Positions 1-8,741 are shown, counted from the stretch's first letter. The stretch: 33,452 nucleotides of DNA from Kofleriaceae bacterium (GCA_046597055.1 JBKJLC010000239.1:1-33452), one strand, 5' to 3'. A program made the numbers and translations. The notes: generated from the letters alone by a model not told the origin.

Positions 1-2963
1 ACTACTTCCACCCGGTCAAGTCGCGCTTCGATCGGCCGTCCGCCACCTGCACGCGGGACCCGTTCGGGGACGGCTGCAGCGTCATGTCCTACTGTCTGGC
101 GGGCGAGCCCGGGTGCATGGACAACAACCTCGGCGGCTCGCCGCTCGGGAGCTTTCCGCCCGCCGCCGATCCCGACGGGGTCGGGACTGACAGCGTGACC
201 CGCCAGATCGCGCGGGTCGCGACCACGCTCCACGACATGGTCGACGGCGGCGCCACGGTGGCCACCGCCGACGTGCCCGGTAACGGCACCGCGTGGACGA
301 GCGGCGGCTGGGCCAAGGGCACCGGCTGGACGTTCGCCACGATCGACGCGGACGCGACCCGCACCGCCAGCCCGCAGCTGTTCCAGCGCTCGTTCCAGGC
401 CGACGAGGGCATCGCGCTGTCGGGGGCCGGGCTGGGCCGGTTGTTCGAGCGCTGGGCCGCGCAGCCGGGCTCGGCGCTTTCGGAGCGGAGCCTCTTCACC
501 GCGATGGCGGACGCCATGAAGGCCGAGGGCGCCACCGACACGGCGATCTGCGAGCTGTTCGCGCTGCACGCCTCGACCGGGACCTGCCCCGGCTACCTGC
601 CGGTGGCCCAGAACCTCACGCCGCCGCCGGTGCAGGGACTATCGGCCTACCTCTATGCGACCGACCCGTTGCGGCCAGACCCGCAGGGGCGCCGTGGGCG
701 CTGGCGATGGATCTCGGACGCCCCGTCCGCCACGGGCTTCGAGCTCGTGCTGCGCGATCGGTCGGCGGGGACGACCCTCGACACCGTGACGCGAACCTTC
801 CGGCGCGACCTCGAGGAGATCTACGTACGTGCGGACCTGCCCTACAACAGCGAGGTCGAGCTGGCCGTGACCACCGCCAACGGTCTCCGCAAGAGCCCGA
901 CCATGACCTACGTCCTGGCCACCCCGGCGGAGGCGGTGAGCAACCTGCGGATCGGGCCGGTGAGCGCCGGCCGCAGCACGGTGTGCTTCACCGAAACCCG
1001 CGCCACCTACTACGACCTGGAGGTGCGCGACGGCGTGGGCAGCACCTTCCGTGCCGCCCATCGCTTCACCGACGGCGCCGGCAACGGCGAGCGCTGCCAC
1101 GAACTGTTCGCCTTGCCGGCGACCGTGCACACGGTGCGGGTGGTGGCGCTCAACCGCCATGGCCAGCCCGCGCTGCCGTCGCCCGAGGTCACCTTCACGC
1201 CCCTGGCCCTGCGCGACGTCTACGTCTCCGCCGCGCGCGGCAGCGACACCGGCGCCAACCTCGGCCAGCCGGCGACCCCGTTCAAGACCCTCGGCGCCGC
1301 GGTGGCGATGATCCAGGCGGAGCGAGCGCGCATCATCCCCGCCGATCTGCTGTGCACCGGCTCGGGCTGCCCGACGATCCGCCTGCGCGGCTACGACGGG
1401 GTGTCCATTCGCCTGGCGGTCGGGGCCTACACGCTGCCCACCGCCTACCGCGAGCGCGGCGCCGACTTCATCACGCAGTTCAGTGGCGGCCTCGCCGAGA
1501 CCACCTGGGCCCAGACCTCGGCCCGCTCGGTGATCCAGGCGACCCCGGCCATGGTGTCGACCCAGGGCTGCGTGGTGCCGAGGACCCTGGCGATGTTCAG
1601 CGCCGAGAGCCAGGGCGCGATCGTGTTCGACCACGTCGAGGCGGCGATCCCGGCGCCCCCGTCGGGCGACGGCGTGTTCGCGACCGCGTCGGTCGCCTAC
1701 GCGCAAGGCGGCACGCTCGAGCTGCGCGCGAGCTGGTTCTTCGTCGACGGCGTGGCGCCCGGCGGCAGCATGTCGGCGCCGGTGTCGACCGGCGGCCCGG
1801 CGAGCGGCGGCGAGGTTCGCAGCGGCCCGATCTCGACGGTGCGCATCCTCGACAGCAAGCTGACCTCGCGGACCGGCGCCGCGGCCGCCGTGCCCGGCAC
1901 GCTGGTCGGCCTGTGCGGGCGGTCGTTGATCCAGCTCGCGATCGAGCGCAGCGACATCTCGGCGACCGAGTCGACCCTGCCGGCGACCGTCAGCGGGGCG
2001 GGCTCGCTGATCGCGGTGCTCGCCAGCAACGCCGGCGACGTCGTGGTGGGGCGCTCGCAGCTGCGGGTCGCCGCGAACAGCCCGTCGGTGCGGCTCACCG
2101 GCGGGTCCCAGGCCGCCCTGATCGGCGCCGATGTGCAGTCGGTGCTGGTCCACAACACGCTCTTGCGCACCGGCAACGGCGGCAAGCAGCTGATCGTCGC
2201 CGGGTTCACCGCGGCGCCCGACGGCGTGATCGAGCTGGTGCAGAACACGCTGGTCGCGGGCAACGACTTCGCGTTCGCCGGCAACGGCCCCAGCGACATC
2301 GGCGGCGGCGTCGTCCTCGCGCTCAGCGGCACGCCCGCCGTGGTCAACCTCGCCAACAACCTGCTGTCGTTCGCCGCCGGCAAGCGCGACGACGCGGTGC
2401 TGATCGACCGCAGCGGCCTCCGGGCCGATCCGCGGCGCTCGGTCATCCGCGGCAACGTCTGGTCCATGCCGTTCGCCCAGTCGAGCCGCGCGGCGCTGAT
2501 GCGCTGCTCGGCCACCGACTACCGCTGGAACTACGCGCCCAACGTCGCGTCGGAGCATGCGTGCTTTCGCACCACGTCGGTGCAGACGTTCGACGTCAGC
2601 GGCAACAGCATGCAGCCCGACGGCGGCTGCGAGCTCACGGCCAACCCGGCGGCGTGCTTCGCCGAGCTCGACGATGTCAGCATGGCCTACAGCAGCCGGA
2701 CCCTCACCCTCGATGACGCCGGCGCGCCACGCATCCTCGAAAGCGCCCCGGTGCAGTGCAACGGCGACCCTCTCGACTGGTTCGCGCGGAAGCCCGACGT
2801 GACCGTCGACCTTCGCGGCCTCGACCGCGGCCGACCGTTCGCCGGCTTCGACGACGACTGCGACGGGGTGAGCGACGAGAGCGGCGAGCGGGCGTGGATG
2901 TGGAGCGCAGGGGCGATCCACGGCCGCTGCACCTGCGACGCCCGGATCGGGCCGCTCATCTGA
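1..2963 (+). CDS. Large secreted multidomain protein, 5'-partial: possible metallopeptidase tail, FN3-like domains, DUF1565-like motif + right-handed beta-helix, Cys-rich C-terminus
   Basis: Frame of ORF 84..2963 is open back to base 3 (YFHPVKSRFDRPSATCTRDPFGDGCSVMSYC), so the true start is outside the window. FN3-like 'YYDLEVRD...VRVVALNRHG...PSPEVTFTP'; DUF1565-like 'VYVSAARGSD...GQPATPFKTLGAAV'; beta-helix-like N/L/V repeats; 'DDDCDGVSDE' near C-terminus; GC3-rich codons. Confidence 0.75.
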   Translation, partial: YFHPVKSRFDRPSATCTRDPFGDGCSVMSYCLAGEPGCMDNNLGGSPLGSFPPAADPDGVGTDSVTRQIARVATTLHDMVDGGATVATADVPGNGTAWTSGGWAKGTGWTFATIDADATRTASPQLFQRSFQADEGIALSGAGLGRLFERWAAQPGSALSERSLFTAMADAMKAEGATDTAICELFALHASTGTCPGYLPVAQNLTPPPVQGLSAYLYATDPLRPDPQGRRGRWRWISDAPSATGFELVLRDRSAGTTLDTVTRTFRRDLEEIYVRADLPYNSEVELAVTTANGLRKSPTMTYVLATPAEAVSNLRIGPVSAGRSTVCFTETRATYYDLEVRDGVGSTFRAAHRFTDGAGNGERCHELFALPATVHTVRVVALNRHGQPALPSPEVTFTPLALRDVYVSAARGSDTGANLGQPATPFKTLGAAVAMIQAERARIIPADLLCTGSGCPTIRLRGYDGVSIRLAVGAYTLPTAYRERGADFITQFSGGLAETTWAQTSARSVIQATPAMVSTQGCVVPRTLAMFSAESQGAIVFDHVEAAIPAPPSGDGVFATASVAYAQGGTLELRASWFFVDGVAPGGSMSAPVSTGGPASGGEVRSGPISTVRILDSKLTSRTGAAAAVPGTLVGLCGRSLIQLAIERSDISATESTLPATVSGAGSLIAVLASNAGDVVVGRSQLRVAANSPSVRLTGGSQAALIGADVQSVLVHNTLLRTGNGGKQLIVAGFTAAPDGVIELVQNTLVAGNDFAFAGNGPSDIGGGVVLALSGTPAVVNLANNLLSFAAGKRDDAVLIDRSGLRADPRRSVIRGNVWSMPFAQSSRAALMRCSATDYRWNYAPNVASEHACFRTTSVQTFDVSGNSMQPDGGCELTANPAACFAELDDVSMAYSSRTLTLDDAGAPRILESAPVQCNGDPLDWFARKPDVTVDLRGLDRGRPFAGFDDDCDGVSDESGERAWMWSAGAIHGRCTCDARIGPLI

Positions 2964-2994
2964 GGGCCTGTGACGGACCGCAGGCCGCGAGGTC

Positions 2995-3144
2995 TCACCC
3001 ACCGCGTCTCGCTGGCGGAGGGTCGGTGGCGGCGCGGGTAGTCACCACGCGCGCCGCCAGATCTTCGCGGGCGACCGCGCGGACCGCCGTCACGACGATC
3101 GAGACCGCGACCAGCCCGAGGACGAAGATCGGCCAGTCGACCAT
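2995..3144 (-). CDS. Small single-pass membrane protein (49 aa, MVDWPIFVLGLVAVSIVVTAV...)
   Basis: ATG at 3144 overlaps TGA of the upstream gene (TGATG); one hydrophobic helix. Confidence 0.5.
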   Translation of the reverse strand: MVDWPIFVLGLVAVSIVVTAVRAVAREDLAARVVTTRAATDPPPARRGG

Positions 3145-3329
3145 CAGCGCACGGTCCGGTTCGCGAGCAAGAGCGCGCCGAGCGACAGGATCGACGGCAC
3201 CCAGAGCCCGACGTACAGGCCCTGCTCCTTGTGGCCCGAGAACCACAGCGCCACCGACGCGACGAACGACAACAGCGCCGCTGCGCAGAACATCAGCTGG
3301 GAACGGCTGAACCCCGAAGCTTCACCCAT
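3144..3329 (-). CDS. Small two-TM membrane protein (61 aa)
   Basis: 'SVALWFSGHKEQGLYVGLWVPSILSLG' resembles a widespread uncharacterised small membrane protein family (F/YVGxWxPxIL motif). Confidence 0.75.
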   Translation of the reverse strand: MGEASGFSRSQLMFCAAALLSFVASVALWFSGHKEQGLYVGLWVPSILSLGALLLANRTVR

Positions 3330-3335
3330 GACACT

Positions 3336-3364
3336 GTGACGACGCGGTCGCCCCGCGAGTTACA
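3336..3364 (-). promoter_or_regulatory. Possible ECF sigma promoter (TGTAAC-N17-CGTCA)
   Basis: Minus strand tgtaac tcgcggggcgaccgcgt cgtca cagtgtc ATG; AAC/CGT bipartite pattern typical of ECF promoters. Confidence 0.35.
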
Positions 3365-3486
3365 CTCGCCGCACGCGTGCCGAGGGCGCGCGCGCCCCTC
3401 GGTGTCCGGAACGCACGCCTCGCCGCGCCGTGACGCCATGCTAGCGTGCACGCCATGACGGGCCGGCGACCGGGGCGGAGCGGCGC

Positions 3487-3948
3487 ATGTTGAAGTTCGT
3501 CAAGCAGAGCGTGATCGCGGCCAGCGCCGAGACCGTCTTCGCCTTCCACGAAGCACCCGACGCGTTCGCCCGCCTGCTGCCGCCGTGGCAGAAGAGCGAG
3601 CTGATCACGCCGCCGACCTCGCTCGCGGTCGGGACCCGGGTGGTGCTGCGCACCAAGATCGGGCCGTTCTGGCAGACCATCGAGGCCGAGCACGTGGCCT
3701 ACCAGCCCGGCACCATGTTCGCGGACCGCATGGTCAAGGGCCCTTTCGCGTCCTGGCTGCACCGTCACGTCGTCGCCCCGCGGGGCCCGCGCGCGTGCAC
3801 GCTGACCGACGAGATCGACTACCAGCTGCCGCTGGGCGCGCTGGGCCGCGTCGTCGGTGGCGGCTTTGCCCGCCGGCAGCTCGCACGGCTGTTCGAGCAC
3901 CGGCACGCGGTCACCCGCGCTGCCTGCGAAGACCGGTCGGCCCGGTGA
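3487..3948 (+). CDS. SRPBCC (START/cyclase-like) family protein
   Basis: 'VFAFHEAPDAFARLLPPW', 'FADRMVKGPFASWLHRH', 'LTDEIDYQLPLG...LFEHRH'; GGAG RBS. Confidence 0.9.
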   Translation: MLKFVKQSVIAASAETVFAFHEAPDAFARLLPPWQKSELITPPTSLAVGTRVVLRTKIGPFWQTIEAEHVAYQPGTMFADRMVKGPFASWLHRHVVAPRGPRACTLTDEIDYQLPLGALGRVVGGGFARRQLARLFEHRHAVTRAACEDRSAR

Positions 3949-4988
3949 CGCGCGCGGCCGTGGTCATCGGTGCGGGCCTCGCGGGCCTCGCCTGCGCCCG
4001 CGCGCTGGCCGAGCACGGCTGCGCGGTCACCGTGATCGACAAGGGTCGCCGACCGGGTGGCCGGACCTGCAGCCGGCGCGACCCGACCGGTCGCCGGTTC
4101 GATCATGGCGCGCAGTACTTCACGGCGCGCGGCGCGTGGCTCCGAGACCAGGTCGCTGCGTGGGCTCACGCGGGCGTCATCGCACGCTGGTCGCCGCGGG
4201 TGCAGCGGGGCACCGCGCCGCCGGTCGTGCCGACCGAGCCCTGGTGGGTGGGCACGCCCGACATGGGCGCGCTGGGGCGGCACCTGGCGCGTGGCCTCGA
4301 CGTCCGGTCGGGCCGGACGGTCACGGCGGTCGCGCGCGTGGGGAGGTCGTGGGTGGTCCGGTTCGAGGGCGCGGAGGGTCCCGAGCCGTCCGTCCACGCC
4401 GACCTCCTGGTGCTCGCGGTCCCGGCGGTGCCTTGCGCGAGGTTGCTCGCGCCGGTCTCGGCGCTGGCCGCCGCGGCCGCCGCCGTCGTCCAGACGCCGT
4501 GCTGGGCGGCGATGCTCGGCCTGCGCGGCGACCCGTCGGTCGACGTCGACGCGTTCGAAGCTCGCGACGGCGTCATCGCCTGGGCGGCCCGCGAAGGCAG
4601 CAAACCCGGGCGGCCCGGGCCCGACCCGGATCGCGTGCAGGCGTGGACGGTGCACGCGTCGACCGCCTGGTCGACGGCGCACCTCGAAGCGCCCGCGGAC
4701 CAGGTCCGCGACGCGCTCGCGGCCGAGCTCGTGACCTGCTTTCCGCGCGACACCGTCACGGTCGTCCACGCGCAGGCCCATCGCTGGCGATACGCGCGTG
4801 GCCAGGCGCCGTCGGTGACGACCGGCGCCTGGTTCGATCCCACCCTTGAGCTGGCGGTGTGCGGCGACTGGCTCGCAGGCGCCCGGGTCGAGGGCGCCCT
4901 CACGAGCGGGCTGGCGGCTGCGGCCGGGATCCTCGACCGTGGCGCCGCCGCGACCGCCCCGACGCAGGCGCCCGCGATCGAGCCGTGA
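3945..4988 (+). CDS. Renalase-like NAD(P)/FAD-dependent oxidoreductase (COG3380-type)
   Basis: GTG at 3945 overlaps upstream TGA (GTGA); 'VIGAGLAGLACA', 'DKGRRPGGRTCSRR', 'FDHGAQYFTAR', 'HRWRYA', 'CGDWLAGARVEGALTSG'. Confidence 0.9.
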   Translation: MTRAAVVIGAGLAGLACARALAEHGCAVTVIDKGRRPGGRTCSRRDPTGRRFDHGAQYFTARGAWLRDQVAAWAHAGVIARWSPRVQRGTAPPVVPTEPWWVGTPDMGALGRHLARGLDVRSGRTVTAVARVGRSWVVRFEGAEGPEPSVHADLLVLAVPAVPCARLLAPVSALAAAAAAVVQTPCWAAMLGLRGDPSVDVDAFEARDGVIAWAAREGSKPGRPGPDPDRVQAWTVHASTAWSTAHLEAPADQVRDALAAELVTCFPRDTVTVVHAQAHRWRYARGQAPSVTTGAWFDPTLELAVCGDWLAGARVEGALTSGLAAAAGILDRGAAATAPTQAPAIEP

Positions 4989-5015
4989 CGGTGGGCGCTC
5001 GGCGCGGGCCGGGCG

Positions 5016-5750
5016 TCACGGCGGGATCAGGCTGCCGTCCCATGCCAGCTGCGCGCCGGTGTGGGCCGGGACCAGGCCCTCGATCACACGGAGGAGGTGC
5101 GCCGCAGCGACCTCCGGCGTGAACAGCCGCGCGGGCGCGACCCGCCCGCGAAACGGCGCCGACAGCTCGGTCGCGACCGTCCCGGGATGCAGGGCGACGC
5201 AGATCGCGTCGGGGCGCGAGGCGGCCAGCTCGATGCTGAGGGTCCGGATGATCTGGTTGAGTGCGGCCTTCGCGGCCCGGTACGCGTGCCAGCCGCCCAG
5301 CCGGTTGTCACCGATGCTGCCGACCCGCGCCGACAGCGCCGCGAACACGGCGCGACCCCGCCGCGGCAACAGCGGCAGCGTGTGCTTGGCCACCAGGGCC
5401 GGCCCGATCGCGTTGACCGCGAACGAGCGCGCGAGCGCGTCAGCATCGATCGATCGCCAGGACTTCTCCGGCGTCAGCCCATCGCCGTGCAACACACCGG
5501 TCGCGACGATCACGAGATCGAGGGTCTCGACGCCGCCGAGCGCGGTGACGATGCTGGCTTCGTCGACCAGATCGAGGGTCCGCCAGGTGACCTTGCCGGT
5601 GGTCGCCGGCACCTCCTGACCGCGCGTGGTCGCGACGACACGGGCGACCGCGGGATCCTGCGCGAGGGCCTCGACCAGGGCCCCACCGATCCCGCCACGG
5701 CCTCCGACCACCAGCGCACGGATCGGCTGCGGGAACGAGGCGAGGGACAC
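5016..5750 (-). CDS. CsgA/C-factor-like short-chain dehydrogenase
   Basis: 'VVGGRGGIG', 'PEKS', 'VNAIGP', 'LSARVGSIGDNRLGGWHAYRAAKAALN' (YxxxK), 'LHPGTVATELSAPF'; probable GTG start at 5750. Confidence 0.88.
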   Translation of the reverse strand: MSLASFPQPIRALVVGGRGGIGGALVEALAQDPAVARVVATTRGQEVPATTGKVTWRTLDLVDEASIVTALGGVETLDLVIVATGVLHGDGLTPEKSWRSIDADALARSFAVNAIGPALVAKHTLPLLPRRGRAVFAALSARVGSIGDNRLGGWHAYRAAKAALNQIIRTLSIELAASRPDAICVALHPGTVATELSAPFRGRVAPARLFTPEVAAAHLLRVIEGLVPAHTGAQLAWDGSLIPP

Positions 5751-5820
5751 GAGCACGAACCAGCTGAGCACGGCTTGCTGTCGCGTGCGAGGTGGGCGGC
5801 TCCTCCGGGGCCCGTCCAGA

Positions 5821-6417
5821 TCAGAAGTAGCCGCCGAGCGCCACGCCGAGCGCCGGAAACTCGGCGCTGTCGACCGGCCTGCATTCGACGTGACGGTCGG
5901 TGCTGGTGCAGGTGTCGTACCGCAGCGCCGTCGAGGCGCCGGCATAGACGCGCGTCATCAACTGGCTGGCGAAGCGGTACTCGTAGTAGGCCTCGCCGTT
6001 GAGCCACACCGCGTTCTGGATCGAATGGTACGCGGGCCCGGACGGATCCGGCCCGAGCCACTCGGCCGAGTCGCCGTAGCCGAAGCCGAGGCTGAGCCCC
6101 AGGGCATGCCCGCCGTGGACGTCGCGGACTCGGCCGGCACCTGCAACCATGAGCTCCTCGGCGTGCGCGCCCGACCGGCCGACGCCGACCGCTACCGCGG
6201 CCCACGGCGCGAGGCTGCGTTCGACCTCGGCGCCGTATGCGCCATATGGCGTCCCCAGGCCAAGATGCGCCGACACGCTGAGCGACGACGCGTCCCAGCG
6301 CTCGACCTCAGGCTCGCCGGCCTTGCCGTCGGCCACCGCCGGCGTCGCCGCCAGCGCCGCGCCCATGACGCCGCGGGTGGAAGCCTCGAGTCGCATGAAG
6401 CCATGTCGTGAGTCCAT
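5821..6417 (-). CDS. Putative outer-membrane beta-barrel protein
   Basis: Signal-like N-terminus, alternating amphipathic strands, C-terminal 'GVALGGYF' (terminal Phe). Start 6417 or 6396. Confidence 0.6.
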   Translation of the reverse strand: MDSRHGFMRLEASTRGVMGAALAATPAVADGKAGEPEVERWDASSLSVSAHLGLGTPYGAYGAEVERSLAPWAAVAVGVGRSGAHAEELMVAGAGRVRDVHGGHALGLSLGFGYGDSAEWLGPDPSGPAYHSIQNAVWLNGEAYYEYRFASQLMTRVYAGASTALRYDTCTSTDRHVECRPVDSAEFPALGVALGGYF

Positions 6418-6430
6418 GGCCCTCGTGCAG

Positions 6431-6446
6431 AGCAACTCCCTTGCCG
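6431..6446 (-). promoter_or_regulatory. Putative sigma54 (-24/-12) promoter
   Basis: Minus strand CGGCAAG-GGAG-TTGCT; exact GG-N10-GC spacing; predicted +1 about 6420, just before ATG 6417. Confidence 0.55.
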
Positions 6447-6689
6447 CGCCCGGCAGCCCGGCCCTGCCGCCGGGATGGCCCGACCCTTGTGCGGGGTCTG
6501 CCAGGCCTCACCGGGTGCCGCCGAGCGACCTGCCGCGGCCGGGTGACAGCCGCTGTCGAAGATCCGTCGGGCGCGGTCAGGTGCCATCAGTGTGGTGTCA
6601 CCTCGCGCGGGTGAGTTCCACATCGTGCCGGCTCGCCGAGCGGCAAACCGACGTCCTTCCGTGCCATACGAGGGGCATAGAGGTGTGCG

Positions 6690-7409
6690 ATGAACGATCG
6701 CGATCGTCGAGCGGGCGGGGCGAGTGATGGCGGCGGGGAGACGCCCACGGGCGCGCCCGGCAAGCGAACGCTAGGGGCGAACCGGTATCCGGCGCTGGCG
6801 CGCGCGATGGATGACGGCGGCACGACGCCGACGATCCACGACGCCGCGACCGCCGCGGTCGAGGGCAAGGATGGCGGCGCGTCGGTCGACGCGGGTGTGG
6901 CGGCCCAGGTCGGCGCCCACCTCGGCGCGGACTTCTCGACCGTGCGAGTTCATCAGGACCCGCTGGCGCAGCAGGCCACCGCGGCCATGGGGGCGCGCGC
7001 GTTCGCGTACGGCGGCGACGTCTTCCTCGGCCCCGGGGAGAGCGGTGGCGACGTCGGCCTGATGGCGCACGAGCTGACGCACGTGGTGCAACAGGGTGCG
7101 GCCGGACAGCGGGCGCCGCAGCGGCAGGTCCAGGTCGGCGACGCCAACCCGCCGGCGGAGCAGCAGGCCGACCAGGTGGCGCAGGCGGTGACCAGCGGCC
7201 AGGCGCCGGCGGCGCTGCTCGTCGACGACGGGCCGGTGCAGCCCGGCCAGATGCTGAAGTCGACCTTCCTGGAGATCTTGCGCGGCGAGGTGTTAGCGCT
7301 GAACCACCAGCGCGAGCTTGATGTCGCGGCGCACCGCGACCGGCTCAGGGTGACTCGGCCCGGACCGGATGCCGATGGCCGGTGCGGTCCCGCCGCAGTA
7401 GAGTCTTGA
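6690..7409 (+). CDS. DUF4157 (eCIS core / HExxH) domain protein, probably C-terminally truncated
   Basis: 'GADFSTVRVHQD...AMGARAFAYGGDVFLG...LMAHELTHVVQQG...EQQADQVAQAV'; GAGG RBS; sequence after 'LRGEV' (~7290) loses typical codon bias. Confidence 0.85.
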   Translation: MNDRDRRAGGASDGGGETPTGAPGKRTLGANRYPALARAMDDGGTTPTIHDAATAAVEGKDGGASVDAGVAAQVGAHLGADFSTVRVHQDPLAQQATAAMGARAFAYGGDVFLGPGESGGDVGLMAHELTHVVQQGAAGQRAPQRQVQVGDANPPAEQQADQVAQAVTSGQAPAALLVDDGPVQPGQMLKSTFLEILRGEVLALNHQRELDVAAHRDRLRVTRPGPDADGRCGPAAVES

Positions 7410-7412
7410 GCT

Positions 7413-7658
7413 ATGCAGCCCCTGAAGGCTCACGTTCACAATGGGCGTCTCGTGCTCGACGAAGCGACCGACCTTCCCGAAGGCGAGATCGTCGAGCTGG
7501 TCCCGCTCGACGAGGTCCTCGCAGGTGGCGGTGACCACCTCGAAGACGGCGAACGGGCGGCCTTGCATCGAGAGCTGGATGCGTCCGTCGCCGAGGCGGC
7601 ATCCGGTCAGCTGGTCGACGGGAGGGACGTGCTCGCAGATCTTCGAGCGCGGCGTTGA
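7413..7658 (+). CDS. Putative type II antitoxin
   Basis: 81 aa, 'LKAHVHNGRLVLDEATDLPEGEIVEL' N-terminal beta module, acidic helical C-terminus 'GQLVDGRDVLADL'; overlaps toxin start (TTGA). Confidence 0.7.
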   Translation: MQPLKAHVHNGRLVLDEATDLPEGEIVELVPLDEVLAGGGDHLEDGERAALHRELDASVAEAASGQLVDGRDVLADLRARR

Positions 7659-7957
7659 ACGTCCGCTTCACGCCCCGCGCGCATCGGCGCGCGCGTGCGG
7701 TGGCAGCTTGGTGGCGTGCAAACCGCCCGGCCACTGCCGACCTCTTCGAGGAGGAGCTGGAGCAGGTGACCGCGAAGCTCGCCGCGCTCCCGGCGACGTT
7801 GGGCTTCGTCTACGCCACGGTGCAGGGCATCGTGATCCGCCGGGTCATGCTACCGAGAACGGCGCAGCACGTCTATTTCTCCGTCGACGCGACCACCGAC
7901 TCGGTGATCGTCCACACTATCTGGGGTGCACGGCGGGGACGCGGTCCCAGACTCTGA
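7655..7957 (+). CDS. RelE/ParE-family type II toxin
   Basis: 100 aa, 'VRFTPRA...AWWRANRP...LFEEEL...IRRVMLPRTAQHVYF...VIVHTIWGARRG'; TTG start coupled to the antitoxin. Confidence 0.8.
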   Translation: MNVRFTPRAHRRARAVAAWWRANRPATADLFEEELEQVTAKLAALPATLGFVYATVQGIVIRRVMLPRTAQHVYFSVDATTDSVIVHTIWGARRGRGPRL

Positions 7958-8035
7958 AATGGAAACAGTGGCCGGAGCCACGTACCGCCCGGGAGCACAG
8001 AGCCGGATCTGATCCGGCGAGGCGAGCCCCGTCTG

Positions 8036-8301
8036 TCAGGGACATCGCCGGGCGGGGATCGTTCCGAACGGGTACGTGGTCAGTCGCTCGTACTCCGCGG
8101 CGAGCGTCGCGTCGGGCTCGATGCCGTCGTCGCGGATCGTCACGCCGTACAGCTGGTGGCCGCCGCGGTCGGCGGCGAAGTCGAGCGCATAGAACGGGTG
8201 GCCGGCGCGACGCACGCCACCATCGCGGGCCACGGCGGCCGCGGCGCGGCCGCGCGCGCACCGCAGCCAAGCAGGACCATCAGGACGAGCGCACCAAGCA
8301 T
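8036..8301 (-). pseudogene. Frameshifted small lipoprotein (or sequencing error)
   Basis: Lipobox 'VLMVLLGC' in one frame and GC3-rich 'GHPFYALDFAADRGGHQLYGVTIRDDG...RRCP' in another; adding one G near 8205 joins them into a ~88 aa ORF. Confidence 0.45.
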
Positions 8302-8383
8302 CGTAGGTCGGACACCGGCCCACGGCCACGAATGCAGTCCGGCCACCGCACGGTGGCCGGACGCGGCGCGCACGGCCAGGCCG

Positions 8384-8741
8384 TCAGCGTGCCCGCAGCG
8401 CGACGGCCTGGGCGACCAGCTCGCGCAGCTCGGTCCCGGTCAGCACGAGCTGGCTGGCGACGTCGCTGCGGTCGGCCTCGCGCGTCAGACCCAGAGCTCG
8501 CGGGTCTCGGGATCCATCGTCGGGTCGGCGTCCCACGGCTCCGGCAGGAAGGCGCGAGTCGCCGCGGTGCCGACCGCGCCCACCGTGTCGATCGCGGCGC
8601 CGCGTCCGCCGGGGGCAGGCGCGCCGCGAGCTCGGCCCGAGCGTCGTCGTGGTCGAGAATCGACAGCGCAGTGCCGATCACGTCCTCGGCGTCGTCGGAG
8701 CACGTGAAGCGATAGCCGTCGTAGCTGACGAGGCGCGTCAC
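8384..8741 (-). pseudogene. Doubly frameshifted paralogue of 8751..9128
   Basis: Three frames give MTRLVSYDGYRFTCSDDAEDVIGTAL.../..APGGRGAAIDTVG...LPEPWDADPTMDPETRELWV/LTREADRSDVASQLVLTGTELRELVAQAVALRAR*, collinear with the neighbour; 1-nt deletions near 8615 and 8488. Confidence 0.75.

Noticed and set aside
5016..5750. Naming the SDR csgA (Myxococcus C-signal)
   Set aside because: Family-level resemblance only; this subtype is widespread and orthology cannot be shown by eye.
8006..8022. Hairpin GCCGGATC-T-GATCCGGC as ncRNA or terminator
   Set aside because: Short, no U-tract, no recognisable RNA family.
7288..8035. Integron cassette carrying the TA pair (GTTAGC at ~7292)
   Set aside because: No matching RYYYAAC/attC inverted structure and no integrase seen.
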